Below are positions 10,662-22,431 of a stretch of 64,000 nt of DNA, one piece after another. A model generated the notes under the pieces. That model worked only from the letters and a program-made list of their open reading frames with translations, did not search any database and was not told where the DNA came from. The position numbers and the translations under genes are program-made. This DNA is from Torpedo marmorata (Eukaryota). The DNA lies in NCBI GenBank assembly GCA_977017645.1, contig OZ360232.1, positions 58,962,001 to 59,026,000 on the forward strand. The letters are read 5' to 3'. Positions within the stretch are counted from its first letter, which is position 1. The number at the start of each line of letters is the position of its first letter.

Positions 10662-13004
10662 CAGGCAGTCCCCGGGTAGAAAACGTCCGATTTACGAACA
10701 ACCCGTAGTTACGAACCGACAAGCCGGCTGGAAGGAGAATGACGTCTACTTCCGGTTTGAGCGGAGCTCGCTTTCCATTGGCTCGCTGCCCTGTCGATCG
10801 GCAGGCGGCCGGCGACGCAAGCAGTCCAGCAAGTCAACTGAAGCATGTGAACAACAGTACAAGGTAGAAGAGTAAGAATATACAGTATGACAATGTGCAG
10901 TTTAACAGCAAAAGATCAATTAGCACAGAGCAAGGGCAGCATTAAATCACTACTGGGAGGTTCATTCAGGCGGCCTGGGCAAAGCAGCGGGTGGGCGAGG
11001 GGACGAGCAGCCCAGCGGAGGGGAGGGAGGGGAAAGGAGGGAGGGAGGGAGGGGGAGAAGAAGAAGAAGAGATGAGGAAGAAGCAGCAGCAGCGACGCCT
11101 CCGGAACCGTCACAGCTCGGCGTGGGGCCGCCGCTTGCCCCGCAAAAAGGCAGCCTGGCCTTAAAGTGCAATTGCGAGGAGGGAGGGAGGGGGAGCGAGG
11201 AGCGAGCGAAGGAGCCGGGCGCGGATCGGAAGGAGCGAAGATGCGGGAGGGCCGTGGGGTACCTGTAATGTAGCCATCTCTCCATCATCTTCTCCTGTAA
11301 GTGTTAACTTTTAATCATGATCTTATGACTGTATGTAATTACTTTTATTATTACATACAGTACTGTATTATTATCTGTATTATTATTATGTTGTGGCGGG
11401 TCGAGCCACTTAGATCTCAAACCGTCATTCGGCGGGGTCGGGCATTCGCGAGAGCTCCAGCACTCGTGGGAGCTAGAGCACTGGCTCTTATCAGAGAGCA
11501 GCTGACTCGACGCATGGGACCACGGTGCGTTTCTTCTTGACTTTTGCGGCCGGCAAGCTAAAGCATTCCTGGTCTGTTCACTGTTTTGTTGAGCTGTTAT
11601 GTCAACCATTAAACTCAGTGTTTAGACAAAACGCGAACGACTTCATTGATGACCCCAATGTGATTCGAACACGCAGCATCCCTTATCAAACCTCCAAGAT
11701 TCAGAGACACATCAAGGCGCCGCTGCAGACGTTCACCCTGACACACCGGTGTTTCGACCACATCCACATCCACATCGTTGGACCGCTGCCCCCATGCAGA
11801 GGTGTCACCCACCTCTTCACCATCGTTGACAGATTCACAAGGTGGCCGGAGGTCGTCCTGCTCTCGGATACCTCCACTGCAACCTGTGCACGTGCCCTCA
11901 TCGCCCACTTGATCACTCGCTTTGGCGTGCCAGCGGACATCTCCTCCGACAGAGGCGCACAGTTCACCTCCGTTGCTTGGCACTAAGCTGCACCACACAA
12001 CGGCCTACCATCCGCAATCAAACAGCATAGTGGAACACTTTCACCGGCACATGAAGGCATCCCTCAAAGCACAGCTCCAGGCCCAAACTGGATGGACGAA
12101 TTGCCATAGGACATGCTAGGGATACGCACTGCCCCTAAGGAGGACCTGGCAATTTCCTCGGCCGAGCTGGTGTATGGTACCCCGCTTATGGTCCCAGGGG
12201 ACTTCATCCCAGCGGCACGTGCACATCAAGAAACGCCCGCGACCATGCTGACGCGCCTCCGTGAGAAGGTGGGCACACTTTCTCCAGTCCCAACGTCCCG
12301 ACACGGTCTCACAGCCGCGTACGTCCCACCCGACCTCAAGGACTGCCAGTATGTTTTCCTTCACCAAGATTCTCACCGTACATCTCTGCAAAAGCCTTAC
12401 GAGGGACCCTTCAGAGTACTGCAAAACGACGCCACGGCTTTCATCATTGACATGGGTGGCAGACAAAAGACGGTCTCCGTGGACCATCTTAAGCCGGCAC
12501 ACTTGGACATTGACCAACCAGTGCAGGTGGCACAACCCCGGCGCAGAGGGCGTCCACCCTCATGACCAAACCCGCCCTCAACTCAACCAGCTGCAACCTC
12601 GAACACGGGAGACACATACACAAAATCAGGCCGCCTCACTCAACAGCCTAACCATCTCCAATACTCCGGTTCTGGGGGGGGGTCATGTGGCGGGTTGAGC
12701 CACAGTGTGTTTCTTCTTGACTTTTGCAGCCGGCAAGTTAAAGCATTCGTGGTCTGTTCACTGTTTTGTTGAGCTGTTATGTCAACTATTAAACTATTAA
12801 ACAAAATGCGAACGACTTCATTCAGTGTTTAGACAAAACGCGAACGACTTCAATGTACTGCATTATTATGTACTGTATTATTATGTTTAAGATGTTTTAG
12901 TGTATTGGGAAGTGTTTTATAAGGACCTGTTCCGACTTACATACAAATTTGAATTAAAGACAGAACTAGGTAACGGAACTCGTTTTTAACCCGGGGACTG
13001 CCTG
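10662..13004. mobile_element. Tigger/pogo-like non-autonomous DNA transposon
   Basis: TIRs CAGGCAGTCCCCGGGT / ACCCGGGGACTGCCTG with TA TSD. Confidence 0.85.
11392..12852 (+). mobile_element. Internally deleted gypsy LTR retrotransposon (integrase remnant)
   Basis: LTRs 11392-11645 and 12686-12852 (TGTGGCGGG...GACTTCA), TSD ATGT, degenerate tRNA-Trp PBS TGATGACCCCAATGTGAT, G-run PPT, and IN motifs VDRFTRWPE, SDRGAQFTS, PYEGPF. Confidence 0.88.
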
Positions 13005-13194
13005 TATACTTATGTAATAGTCGAGTTTTGGGGACCAATTTTTTGGGTTAAATTTGGGGGGTCGACTTTTACACGGATACTACTTTTGATTATGGTAAGT
13101 AAGGAGGGTCAGAGACCGTGATGGTTGGAGAGACATGATCGATCACGCCAAACGGCAAGGCACCTGAACGAACAAAGTACCTATGTTGTTCAAG

Positions 13195-13575
13195 GTGTCA
13201 GGAGCTTGGATGGCCAGGACCAGGTGGTAAGTCCACGTTTGGGCATCGGGAGCTTGGATGGGTTGGTGGCTGAGGTGAGGATCTGCGGTCGGGGTGTCAG
13301 GAGCTCTGGAGGGCAGGTGACCGAGGCGAGGATCCGCGGTTGGAGCATCGTGAGCTCTGGTGGGCAGGCTGCCGAGGCGAGGATCCGCGGTCGGGGTGTC
13401 GGGAGCTCGGATGGGTGGGCAGCCGGGACGAGGATCCGCGGTTGGAGCGTTGGGAGCTCGGATGGGTGGGCAGCCGGGGCGAGGATCCGCGGTTGGGGCA
13501 TCGGGAGCTCGGATGGGCGGGCGGCCAAGGCGAGGATTCGCGGGCGGGGCGTCGGGAGCTCGGATGGGCAGGCAG
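13195..13575. repeat. 51-bp GC-rich minisatellite, ~7 copies, inside MITE
   Basis: GATCCGC recurs at 13331, 13382, 13433 and 13484. Confidence 0.9.
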
Positions 13576-14449
13576 TCGGGTCCAAAAATAGGGGGTCGAC
13601 TTATACACGGGATCGACTATTACACAAGTATATACGGTACTAACAATGGCACAAAAAGAGGTCATTCAGCCCATTGTGTCCATGCTGACTTTCAGCAGAG
13701 CAATCCCAACAGTCCCATTCCCCATCCTCTTATTTCCTCGTGGCCAGCAACTCAGTCTCTCTTACATATCTATTTTCTCCTCTTTGAATCTTTCTGTTTT
13801 CAACATACAATGAGGAATAATTTACAGCAATAATTTAATGCACAAACATATTTCGGAGAATTTGGCAGAAATCTGTGCAGATACAGGGATAATCTAAAAA
13901 CTTCAGCACTCAATGTTAGGATCAAATTCAGGGCCCTGAGCTATGAGGCAACAGCACTAACTGCTACAGCATAACACTAGCTTTGCTGACACTTTGATGA
14001 AATTTGCAATGGAGATTAAGAAATACGTACCACTTGAAGAGATTTGTCAAAAAGTAGAGTGCAAAAGCTGTATCAATTGGTTTATTTTGACAAGCAAAAA
14101 ATTCTGGGGCAAGTTATGCAGCATCTATTTTTAACTGCCAGAAGGTAATAAATAGTTGTTGGGGGTAAGAAAGTGTGATTAATGGCACTGTTATCCAATT
14201 GATACCAGCCTGGCATGGGTATCTGCAGTGGAATGCAACAGCTGCTAGAGCTAACCTTCTGCCAATGGGAAGTTACTTTGAATCTGGTGACATTCTACAA
14301 CGCTTTCTAGCTCGCAGATGCTGAATACTTAATCTTCTGAGAGAGCGTGTAATAGAATCTGCTTCTCCTGAATACTTGTCGTTTCTCTGGAGCATCAATA
14401 AAATATTGTGCCCAATTTACAGATAGATTCAGCAGTGACCGATCTCCAT

Positions 14450-14814
14450 TATGTTTTTTACATAGAACTTACGTGATTTTTCCATTCTGAAGTGTCTCCC
14501 TACCTTCCGGGAGTGGCCGTTCACACAGGAATGACCAAAACTCCAATTATCTGTATCACACCGCGAGTTTAGACAGAATACCTGAAGTGTGGTATTTAAG
14601 GAGGCTGGACGTCCTATTCATTAACCCATTGTTCACGGATCGCCTGCAGTTCAGTTTAGACTGCAGGCGATCCGTGAAAATAACTAGGGGTCGAGGAGGT
14701 AAAATATCAGAATGGGAATGAGTCCCTTATTCCCGTTCCGATCTTTTTACACAGACTGTGTTCCGGGAAATTAGGAATAATTTCCTGGAACGCAGCGGCT
14801 GTGTAAAAAACATA
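14450..14814. mobile_element. PIF/Harbinger-type MITE with internal hairpins
   Basis: TIR TATGTTTTTTACA(T/C)AG, 3-bp TSD CAT, perfect 19-bp stem 14632-14650/14660-14678. Confidence 0.7.
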
Positions 14815-16061
14815 CATGTGAGTTTGATCCACAGTTAAAACTTTTCAGGGTGTTTTTTTTAAAGTTGTACTTGCCATTGCCTAAGGTTGAAGCTGGCTTA
14901 ATTGCAAATATTATTCTTGTCGAAAACTGTACTTTTACTGAAACATGGCTCATGGGTGGCGACAAATTGTCAGAAGTAACCTGCCACAGAGCACCTCTTA
15001 CTCAGGTGGTGAACACCCACTCAATGCAACAGCCTGAAAATATGTACTGATAATAACTTGTTATATGAAGCACAAGCAAGATAACCTCCACCATATTTTG
15101 GAAGCTTCTAAAATAGGCCTTTACGAAAGAAGAAATTTAGCTTTGAGTAACAACAAATAAACTATATATAGTGCATTTTTCCCAAATCTGAAAGTCTGGA
15201 AAAGTACAAAAGATTCAAGGAACTGAAGTCCAGTTCCTGCTCATGCTGCCAAAGGCTCTTGTAATTGTCTATAAATGAATGTTAAATTAATTTAATTAAT
15301 GAAAACAAAGTTGAAGAAATAAAAAATAATTTTAATGATAAACGCAATAAGCTGTTGTAAATTAATTTATTGATCATTGATAATGATGAGATTGATAATT
15401 AATAAGGTTTAGGAGTTTATTGTCATACACATAAGTACAACATAGATGTGCACTGAAATTCTTACTAGCTGCAGCCAAACAGGTACCTTTGTTAAAAAAA
15501 ACACAATAGCATATATTAAATTAACCCAGTATGGAAAAAGAAAGTAAATATAAACGATAGAGAATAAATGTTCTCGATTACAGTTAATGTAAGAAAAAAT
15601 GTTCAGTAAATTAAATAGTATAATTGTGCAGATCTTTTCATGGTCTCTGAGTAACTTATGGTTAGGGTAGTAAAGGGAGGTTGAAGAAGCTGATAGCCAT
15701 TGAGAAAAAAAACTCTTGTGGAACATAAAGGTGCTGGACTTCAGGCTTCTGTATCCGAAGATAGCAGCGAGAAGAGGATGATGGGATACTTTATGATGTT
15801 GCCTGCCGTCTTGAGGCAGTGCCTCACATGGATGTCTTCAATGTCTGCCAGGTTAGAGCTGATGATGGACCTGGCTATGTTTGCTACCTTCTGCAGCCTT
15901 CTGCATGCCTGGCCATTTGAAATACAGTAAAGCCTGACCTGCCGAGTTCCTCCAGCATGCTGAGTTTTGCTCTCGTTTTCCAGCATCTGTGGTCTCTCTT
16001 GTTTGATTTTTGCCCAATTCCCAAACCAGGTCATTATGCAACCAGTCAGTATACTTTACAC

Positions 16062-16238
16062 CAGGGTTGGCCAACCTTTGAATTTTTAATTTAGGCATAC
16101 AGCACGGTAACAGGCCATTTCGGCCCACGAGTACATAACGGGGGTGTAGATTAATTGGGCAGCACGGACTCGTGGGCCAAATTGGCCTGTTACCGTGCTG
16201 TATGTCTAAATTAAAAATTAAAAGGTTGGCCACCCCTG
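16062..16238. mobile_element. hAT-type fold-back MITE composed of two inverted SINE tails
   Basis: TIR CAGGG(T/G)TGGCCAACC, 8-bp TSD CTTTACAC (16054-16061, 16239-16246), and ~70-bp inverted arms matching the SINE 3' end. Confidence 0.85.
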
Positions 16239-17206
16239 CTTTACACAGTGCATCTATAAAAGTATGATAGTGTATTCCATGACATGCCAAATCTTCTTGG
16301 AATTCTTGGAAAGTAGAGGCATTGGTGTGCCTTCTTCATGGTTGCCTCGATGTGCTGGCTCCAGGAAACATCCTCCAGTATGTGATCTCCCAAGAACCTA
16401 TGTTCTAACCCCCACCACTGCCATCCATCAATGCGACACGTGTGTGGTCTTTTGGCCACCCCTTCCTAAAGTTCACAATAATCTCTTTGGTCTAGTTGAT
16501 GCTGAGAGCAAGATACTGGCACTGCACAACCTGGTTCTCAATCTCCATCCTGTATTCTGACTCATAATTTCTCATAATTTAGCCAACGGTGGAGTCCTCA
16601 GTGAAATGAAAGATGTTGCCAATCCACACTGAATACGATCTGCTGATGAGGAGGTTGAATATCCAGTTGCAGAGTGATGAAGAGGATCCTAAATCCCTTA
16701 GTATGATTATAACTTTTGCTGGTATGATGGCGTTGAATGGTGAGCTGTAGTCGATGAACAGCAGGTGTTCTTCTGGGCCAGGTGATCAATGCAGAGCGGA
16801 GGGCCAGTTGTCCTATGTGATGATAGGTGAATTAAACTGGGTCCAGGTCCTACTTGTGGCACGAGTTTACCTGCTCCATAACCAACTTCTCAACGCACTT
16901 TGTCACAGTAGAAATAAGTGCCACTAGCCACTAGTCATTGTAGCAAATCACCTTGCTCTTCTTGACCACTGGTCTAATGGTATAATGGATGTACATTTGA
17001 AGCATATGGAAACCCAAGACCACAACAGCAACAGTTGAAAATGCCTGCAAAAGTTCCAGCCAGTTAGTCTGCACAGGATATTATGATCAGAAACTTTCCA
17101 AGACTTCACCCTCCTGAAGATTTTTTTCACGTCAGCTTCAGAAACTGGATGCATAGTGAGTGTGCATCATTGTTTTCCCTTTTGAAATGAGCACAGAAGG
17201 CATTGA

Positions 17207-17327
17207 CACACAGAAATGCTGGAGGAACTCAGCCGGTCTCGCAGAGTCAGTTGGAACATTGCGAGACTGGCTGAGTTCTGTATGTTGTTACTACAATCAC
17301 AGCTTCTGCAGACTTTCGTGTTTCACT
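17207..17327. mobile_element. Miniature inverted Penelope tail insertion
   Basis: AACTCAGCCGGTCTCGCA...TGCGAGACTGGCTGAGTT inverted arms; TSD ACAG(A/C)AGGCATTGA at 17193-17206 and 17328-17341. Confidence 0.7.
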
Positions 17328-17765
17328 ACAGCAGGCATTGAGACTGGAAAAGGTGTGTCGCAGTTAATGATACTATCTTGTTTCGCCTTTAGGATGTGAA
17401 GCCCTGTCACAGCTGCTGAGGATCCATATGAGACTCTTGCTGCATCCAGAATTGTCTCTGCATTGGAAAAGGCCTTCTTGGAGGTTGTACCTGGTGTTTC
17501 TGTATGTTTCTGAATCGCCTGATCTGAATGCCACAGATCTGGTCTTCAACAGCTTGCATATCTCTTGGTCCATCCATTGCTTCTGGTTAGGATGCACTCA
17601 GATAGCCTTGGTAGGAACACCCTCATCCAGACAATTCCTGATAAACTCAATAACAACTGTAGCATATTTATTCAGATTAAGACATAAATCAAAAGTAAAG
17701 TAAAGAAAAAATATACTAAAATTCTTAACATCCATTTATCTTTTCCCTCACAACTGTAAATTTGA

Positions 17766-18043
17766 AATTTGAAATTTAAATTTTAAATATTTTAAAATTT
17801 AGACATACAGCACAGTAACAGGCCCTTTCGGCCCACGGGCCTATGCTGCCCAATTACACCTGATTGACCTACACCCCCGGGATGTTTTGAAGGGTGGGAT
17901 GAAAGCAGAGCTCCCGGGTAAAACCCCTGCAGACACGGGGAGAAAGTACAAACTCCTTACAGACAGTGCGAGATTCAAACCACCGTCCCGATCGCTGGTG
18001 CTTTAAAGGTGTTGCGCTAACCGCTACTCTAACCATGCTGCCC
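17766..18043 (-). mobile_element. tRNA-derived V-SINE (HE1-like)
   Basis: Minus strand shows a tRNA-like head with A/B boxes, V-domain CTGTAAGGAGTTTGTAC..CTCCCCGTGTCTGC, a CR1-like tail and AT-rich repeats. Confidence 0.85.
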
Positions 18044-18661
18044 TAAAATTTGATATAAACTCTGAAGATGGGTAATGACCTGAAAACCAACTCTGTTTCC
18101 CTCCTTAGAGACGTTTTCGCACTATTTGCAGCATTTGATTATATTTCGGACTTCCTGATCTTGGTTGTATTTTGCTTTAAATTTGAATATTTTAGAGCTG
18201 AACATCAAATAAAAGTGATTTAAAGAGGTGCCATTCTTATGGCACTTCTCTCACATTCATTAGGGTGAACAAATTCATCTCTTATAATGTCAAACTAATC
18301 ACCAGTTAAAGAGGGAAGCAAGCAAGTGAGGCCAAGGAATAAACCTAATAATTAGGAAGGGAATTAGAGGCATCAAGTGGAATTGGAGAGAGATGGAGTA
18401 TGATTATAATGGCAATTAATTTTGCTATCCATCATTTTCATTGAGTTATCCACTGAGTATCTGAAATTTCGCCAAACAGCTCCAAGAAGTGGAAATTCCA
18501 GAAAATCTTTTGTACTGCACAGTTATCTGGTTAGCTCATATTAGAAGCTACCAAATGTGCTTTGTCTCCCTGTAAGATAAGGATAGATTGACTCAGAAAG
18601 TGGAGATCCAAGCTGAAAGATCAAGCCAATGGTGTCACATGCGATCAGTTGAGTATTAGCA

Positions 18662-18900
18662 TTGGGGAGGGAATTTAAGGGGAGGGAATGGGTAGAGGGT
18701 GGGATTAGAAACATTAAGTAAAAATTTAAATTTGAACTTTTGAAAAATGTCAACAAGGGTTTGGTGGGATAAGGGAAGGGGTAAAATTCACTGTAATGCA
18801 ATATTATAAAAGTTTTTTTTTGAAGTTAATAATCCATATTGTTCATGTATGTATTACTGTGTAAAAATTTAAAATTTAAAATAAAATATTCAAAAAAAAA
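18662..18900 (+). mobile_element. Short L1-type 3'UTR insertion
   Basis: AATAAA plus polyA; 10-bp TSD AGTATTAGCA at 18652-18661 and 18901-18910. Confidence 0.75.
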
Positions 18901-19302
18901 AGTATTAGCACCTGCAGGTTCAACTGGTTCAGTGCAAAAGATGAGAAAGAATGTCAAAGACTAAAAGGAAATTGGAACTGCATGAGTGCTCTCAGAAAGC
19001 CAGGACATTTACATTTAGTGTGACTGTTGTTGGTGCACGCTAAAGTCCCAGGAAAATCAAAAGTAGTAAATGAGCTCCAGAGCAATTCTTCCCAGGTAAA
19101 CATCAAATTGACCCATCTAAGAATGAACTTTGCCCAAAGAACAAGACAAAGCATAAAGCTGATCCTTGCTTCTCCGTGAAATAACTTCCCTCACAGTATC
19201 AGAGCTCCCTGCACCAAGGGATGTATGTTGCTGGTCTGGACAGTTGATCTAACCCTGGCAGCTGGGAAATGTAAATACAACATTAAATAAACCTAGAATA
19301 AT

Positions 19303-19632
19303 AAGTAAAAACACACTGAAATGCTGGAGGAACTCAGCCAGTCTTGCAGCGTCCATAGGAGGTAAAGATATATTACTGATGTTTCAAGCCTGAGCCTTTC
19401 TTCAAGGAATAAGTAAAGAATAAGCAGAGAACAGGAAGGCTCAGAATAAAGACAAAGCTGGCTGGGGGAGGAGTCCAGACCAACAAAAGGTGTTAAATGT
19501 ATATGATAAGAGGAGAGGTGAGAATTGATTTTGGCTCTGTGAAAGGAGACAGAAGGAAAAGGGAAGAGAGAGAGAGAGAGAGAGAGAACTTGGGAAAGGC
19601 GACAGAAGAAGAAGAAGAAGGGAGGGGGTGAG
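19303..19632 (-). mobile_element. Older Penelope 3' fragment with decayed hammerhead
   Basis: ATGCTGGAGGAACTCAGC end; revcomp TTGAAGAAAGGCTCAGGCTTGAAACATC near 19378-19405. Confidence 0.65.
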
Positions 19633-19653
19633 ATACCATGTTTTATTGAACAG

Positions 19654-19706
19654 GATGTGCTTAAGAAAAATATCGGCGTATTTTATGCATGCTGCAGAAC
19701 ATACAG
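19654..19706 (+). other. Candidate 53-nt host exon (unidentified)
   Basis: TTTTATTGAACAG acceptor and CAG/GTGAGC donor; two open frames (DVLKKNIGVFYACCRTY or MCLRKISAYFMHAAEHT); CpGs retained. Confidence 0.3.
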
Positions 19707-20389
19707 GTGAGCAATAATCCATTGTGTTGTTGAATGTCTTGGAGTATGTAATCAGGTGAAACTTTGTAACTGCTTGGATGTTCATAATGTCAATAGTAAT
19801 ATTTTGTTATAGGATTGTTAAATTTCCAAAACAAAGGTAAATCAGAGCCATAAAAATTGAAGTGCAGTATTAGTTGGAATGAACCAGATGTCAAGTTAGT
19901 TTGTAGTCCACAACTTATATACACCAGGGTAAATTTAATCAAATTTAAAATATGGCCACACCATTCAATAAAACAAATGATCAGAGTAATTACACAGGAT
20001 TTATTGTAAGATTGATAGTGCCTGTCATTTAAAATGTTCTTTAGTGTAGTATCTGTTCTATACTGCTGCAGCATAATGAAGATATAATACAGTCTTACTG
20101 AATGATGAAATTATGAAGAAATTAATTTATTCTTGACTTTTCAGTCAATCATTTCAGTTTATTAATTCATGAAATACAATGTTTAAATAGACATTGAAAG
20201 GTTATATCAAACTCATCATTTTGAAGGCTGATTAATATTGGATGGGTGCATTTCAAATGGGACATTGTGGCCTGATTTTAACTGACTAGTCTGCGTGACT
20301 CAGAACATTAAATAATGCCATCTGATCAGGTTTTGCTGAATGTAATCTGTCTCTGCAACACATTTTTTTTCTAAAATTGAGAGCACCCA

Positions 20390-21269
20390 TTATACACTCA
20401 TGATTGTGTGGCCAGGAACAATTCAAATGCCATATACAAGTTTGCTGATGACACCACAGTTGTCGGCAGAATCACAAACGGCAATGAGGAAGCGTACAGG
20501 AGGGAGATAGATCAGCTCGTTGAATGGTGTAATGACAACAACCTTGAGCTCAAAGTCAGCAAAACCAAGAAGATGATTGTGGACTTCAGGAGGAAGTCAG
20601 GGGAACACAACCCAGTCCTCATCGAGGGCTCAGTCGTGGAGAGGGTCAAGAACTTCAAATTCCTGGGTGTCAACATCTCCGAGGATCTGTCCTGGAGCAT
20701 CCACGTGGATGCAATCACAAAGAAGGCTCGTCAGCGGCTATACTTTGTAAGGTGTTTGCGGAGATTCGGTATGTCACCAAAGACTCTTGTAAACTTCTAC
20801 AGGTGTACCGTGGAGAGCATTCTGGCTGGTTGCATCACTGCCTGGTATGGTGGCGCCAACTCCCAGGACAAGAGTAAATTCCAGAAGGTTGTTAACTCGG
20901 CCTGTGACATCACAGGCACCAAACTTCACTCCATCGAGGACATCTACATGAGGCAATGTCTTAAAAAAGCAGCCTCTATCCTCAAGGACCCCCACCACCC
21001 AGGCCATGCCCTCTTCACTCTGCTTCCATCGGGGAAAAGGTACAGGAGCCTAAAGACGAGCACTCAACGGCACAAGGACAGCTTCTTCCTCGCTGCCATC
21101 AGATTCCTGAATAATCAATGAACCAAAGACACTACCTTACTTTTCGTGCACTATTGTTTATAATTTTTTATAGTAATGTCGTTAGATGGTTAATATGAAT
21201 GTTAATTGCACTATGATGCTGCCGCAAAACACCGAATTTCATGACTTGTTCATGACAATAAATTCTGAT
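20390..21269 (+). mobile_element. Rex1/Babar LINE 3' part
   Basis: ORF 20408-21121 contains [32 protein letters not shown]; tail CATGACAATAAATTCTGAT. Confidence 0.88.
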
Positions 21270-22431
21270 ATTGTTACTTAAACATTGAGCATTCCTTGCA
21301 TCCAATAACATTTTGTGTATTTACTATCAGTCATCTCCCTTTGTGAATACAAGGTGATACAATGAGCTTTTACAGTGATGCTGATCTAGACTTACAGTGC
21401 ACTCATTACCATAATTTGTTGATATGTAACAATAGAGGCTTGATTTGAATGACAACCATAAAGGTGTGATTTCAGTAGTGTTATCTGCAGGTATTGCTTT
21501 GATTCTGATGATTAGATATGTATTGACTCTGTTACTTGATCCTTAACCATCACTTAGATTGAATTGTAACAGACGTGATATGCATGGAGCCCCTTTGGAA
21601 TTATTTTATTTCTGGTGATAGAGCTAATAAAAACAGTTTGATTATTTTTGTTTGGTAAGATGACTCGCCTGCAGCACAGACACCAATATTAATCTGGCAG
21701 GATGAGTGATCTGTTTCTGGGTTGTAATACCATATAAAAACCATACAGGATGGTGAGGCTTGAACACTGTTGTCAACCAACTAGATGAAATTCTGTGGGT
21801 TTTTTTCTCTGTAGAGCTGCCACAAGGGCAGTGAAAATTTTAAGTGCTTGCAGCATGGTGTTGTTGACAAAAGTGCTTTTCATCTGCAGCCCAGACCCGT
21901 CCCACCTTGAAGGAGAAAATGACATGAAAGTACCGGTAGTTAAAATTTTAAAGATGGGAAATGTACCAGGAGCTGTACAATTATTTGAAAAAATAACTCA
22001 CACAATAGTTGACTTTGGTTTAAACACAATGTCTTCGCAATTTGTTCATGCTGTGTATATGCAGCAATTTGTCCCTGAGGTGCTTATATGAGAATATCAT
22101 GCATATATATTGTGCAATGCTTTGTGCACTTCAGCAACATCAATCATACTGCTTTTTTCTATTAATTCACAATAACAAGAAGTGACTTCAGTAGTTCTGT
22201 GAAATGACACATGGTAAATGATGACAGGCCTGTTTCTTTAAGGAGATTTGTCTCAGACAACAGGTGGATGTTATTAGTGATTGATGTCGGAGGCAAGTAG
22301 CGAGGAATGTAATTGAACGACGAGGAAAACGGAATAGGAGGATAGTGAATGCCTTTTCTCAGTCTAGAAAGCCACAGAACATATGGCTAATGCTAATTGG
22401 GGAAGTGACTCGTTAGTTAATGAAAATAAAG

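Larger units (their letters stand above)
10655..13637. mobile_element. pogo-type MITE whose left TIR is split by a Tigger-like insertion
   Basis: Removing 10662-13006 restores CTGTATATACTTATGTAATAGTCGA, matching the right TIR (revcomp CCGTATATACTTGTGTAATAGTCGA) at 23/25. TA on both flanks. Confidence 0.8.
15410..17685 (-). mobile_element. Degraded Rex1/Babar LINE with nested insertions
   Basis: Minus-strand ORF pieces SWSQHIEATMKKAHQCLYF, FYRCT, LQKVAN, PNQKQWM; ATGACAATAAA tail near 15415-15426. Confidence 0.7.

Noticed and set aside
13125-13833. Several overlapping ORFs of 120-170 aa with 17-aa periodicity
   Set aside because: They result from a GC-rich 51-bp minisatellite inside a MITE; open on both strands with no protein motif.
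17990-18043. tRNA genes at the SINE heads (also 58080-58153, 63920-63991)
   Set aside because: tRNA-derived SINE heads contiguous with V-domain and LINE-like tail, not standalone tRNAs.
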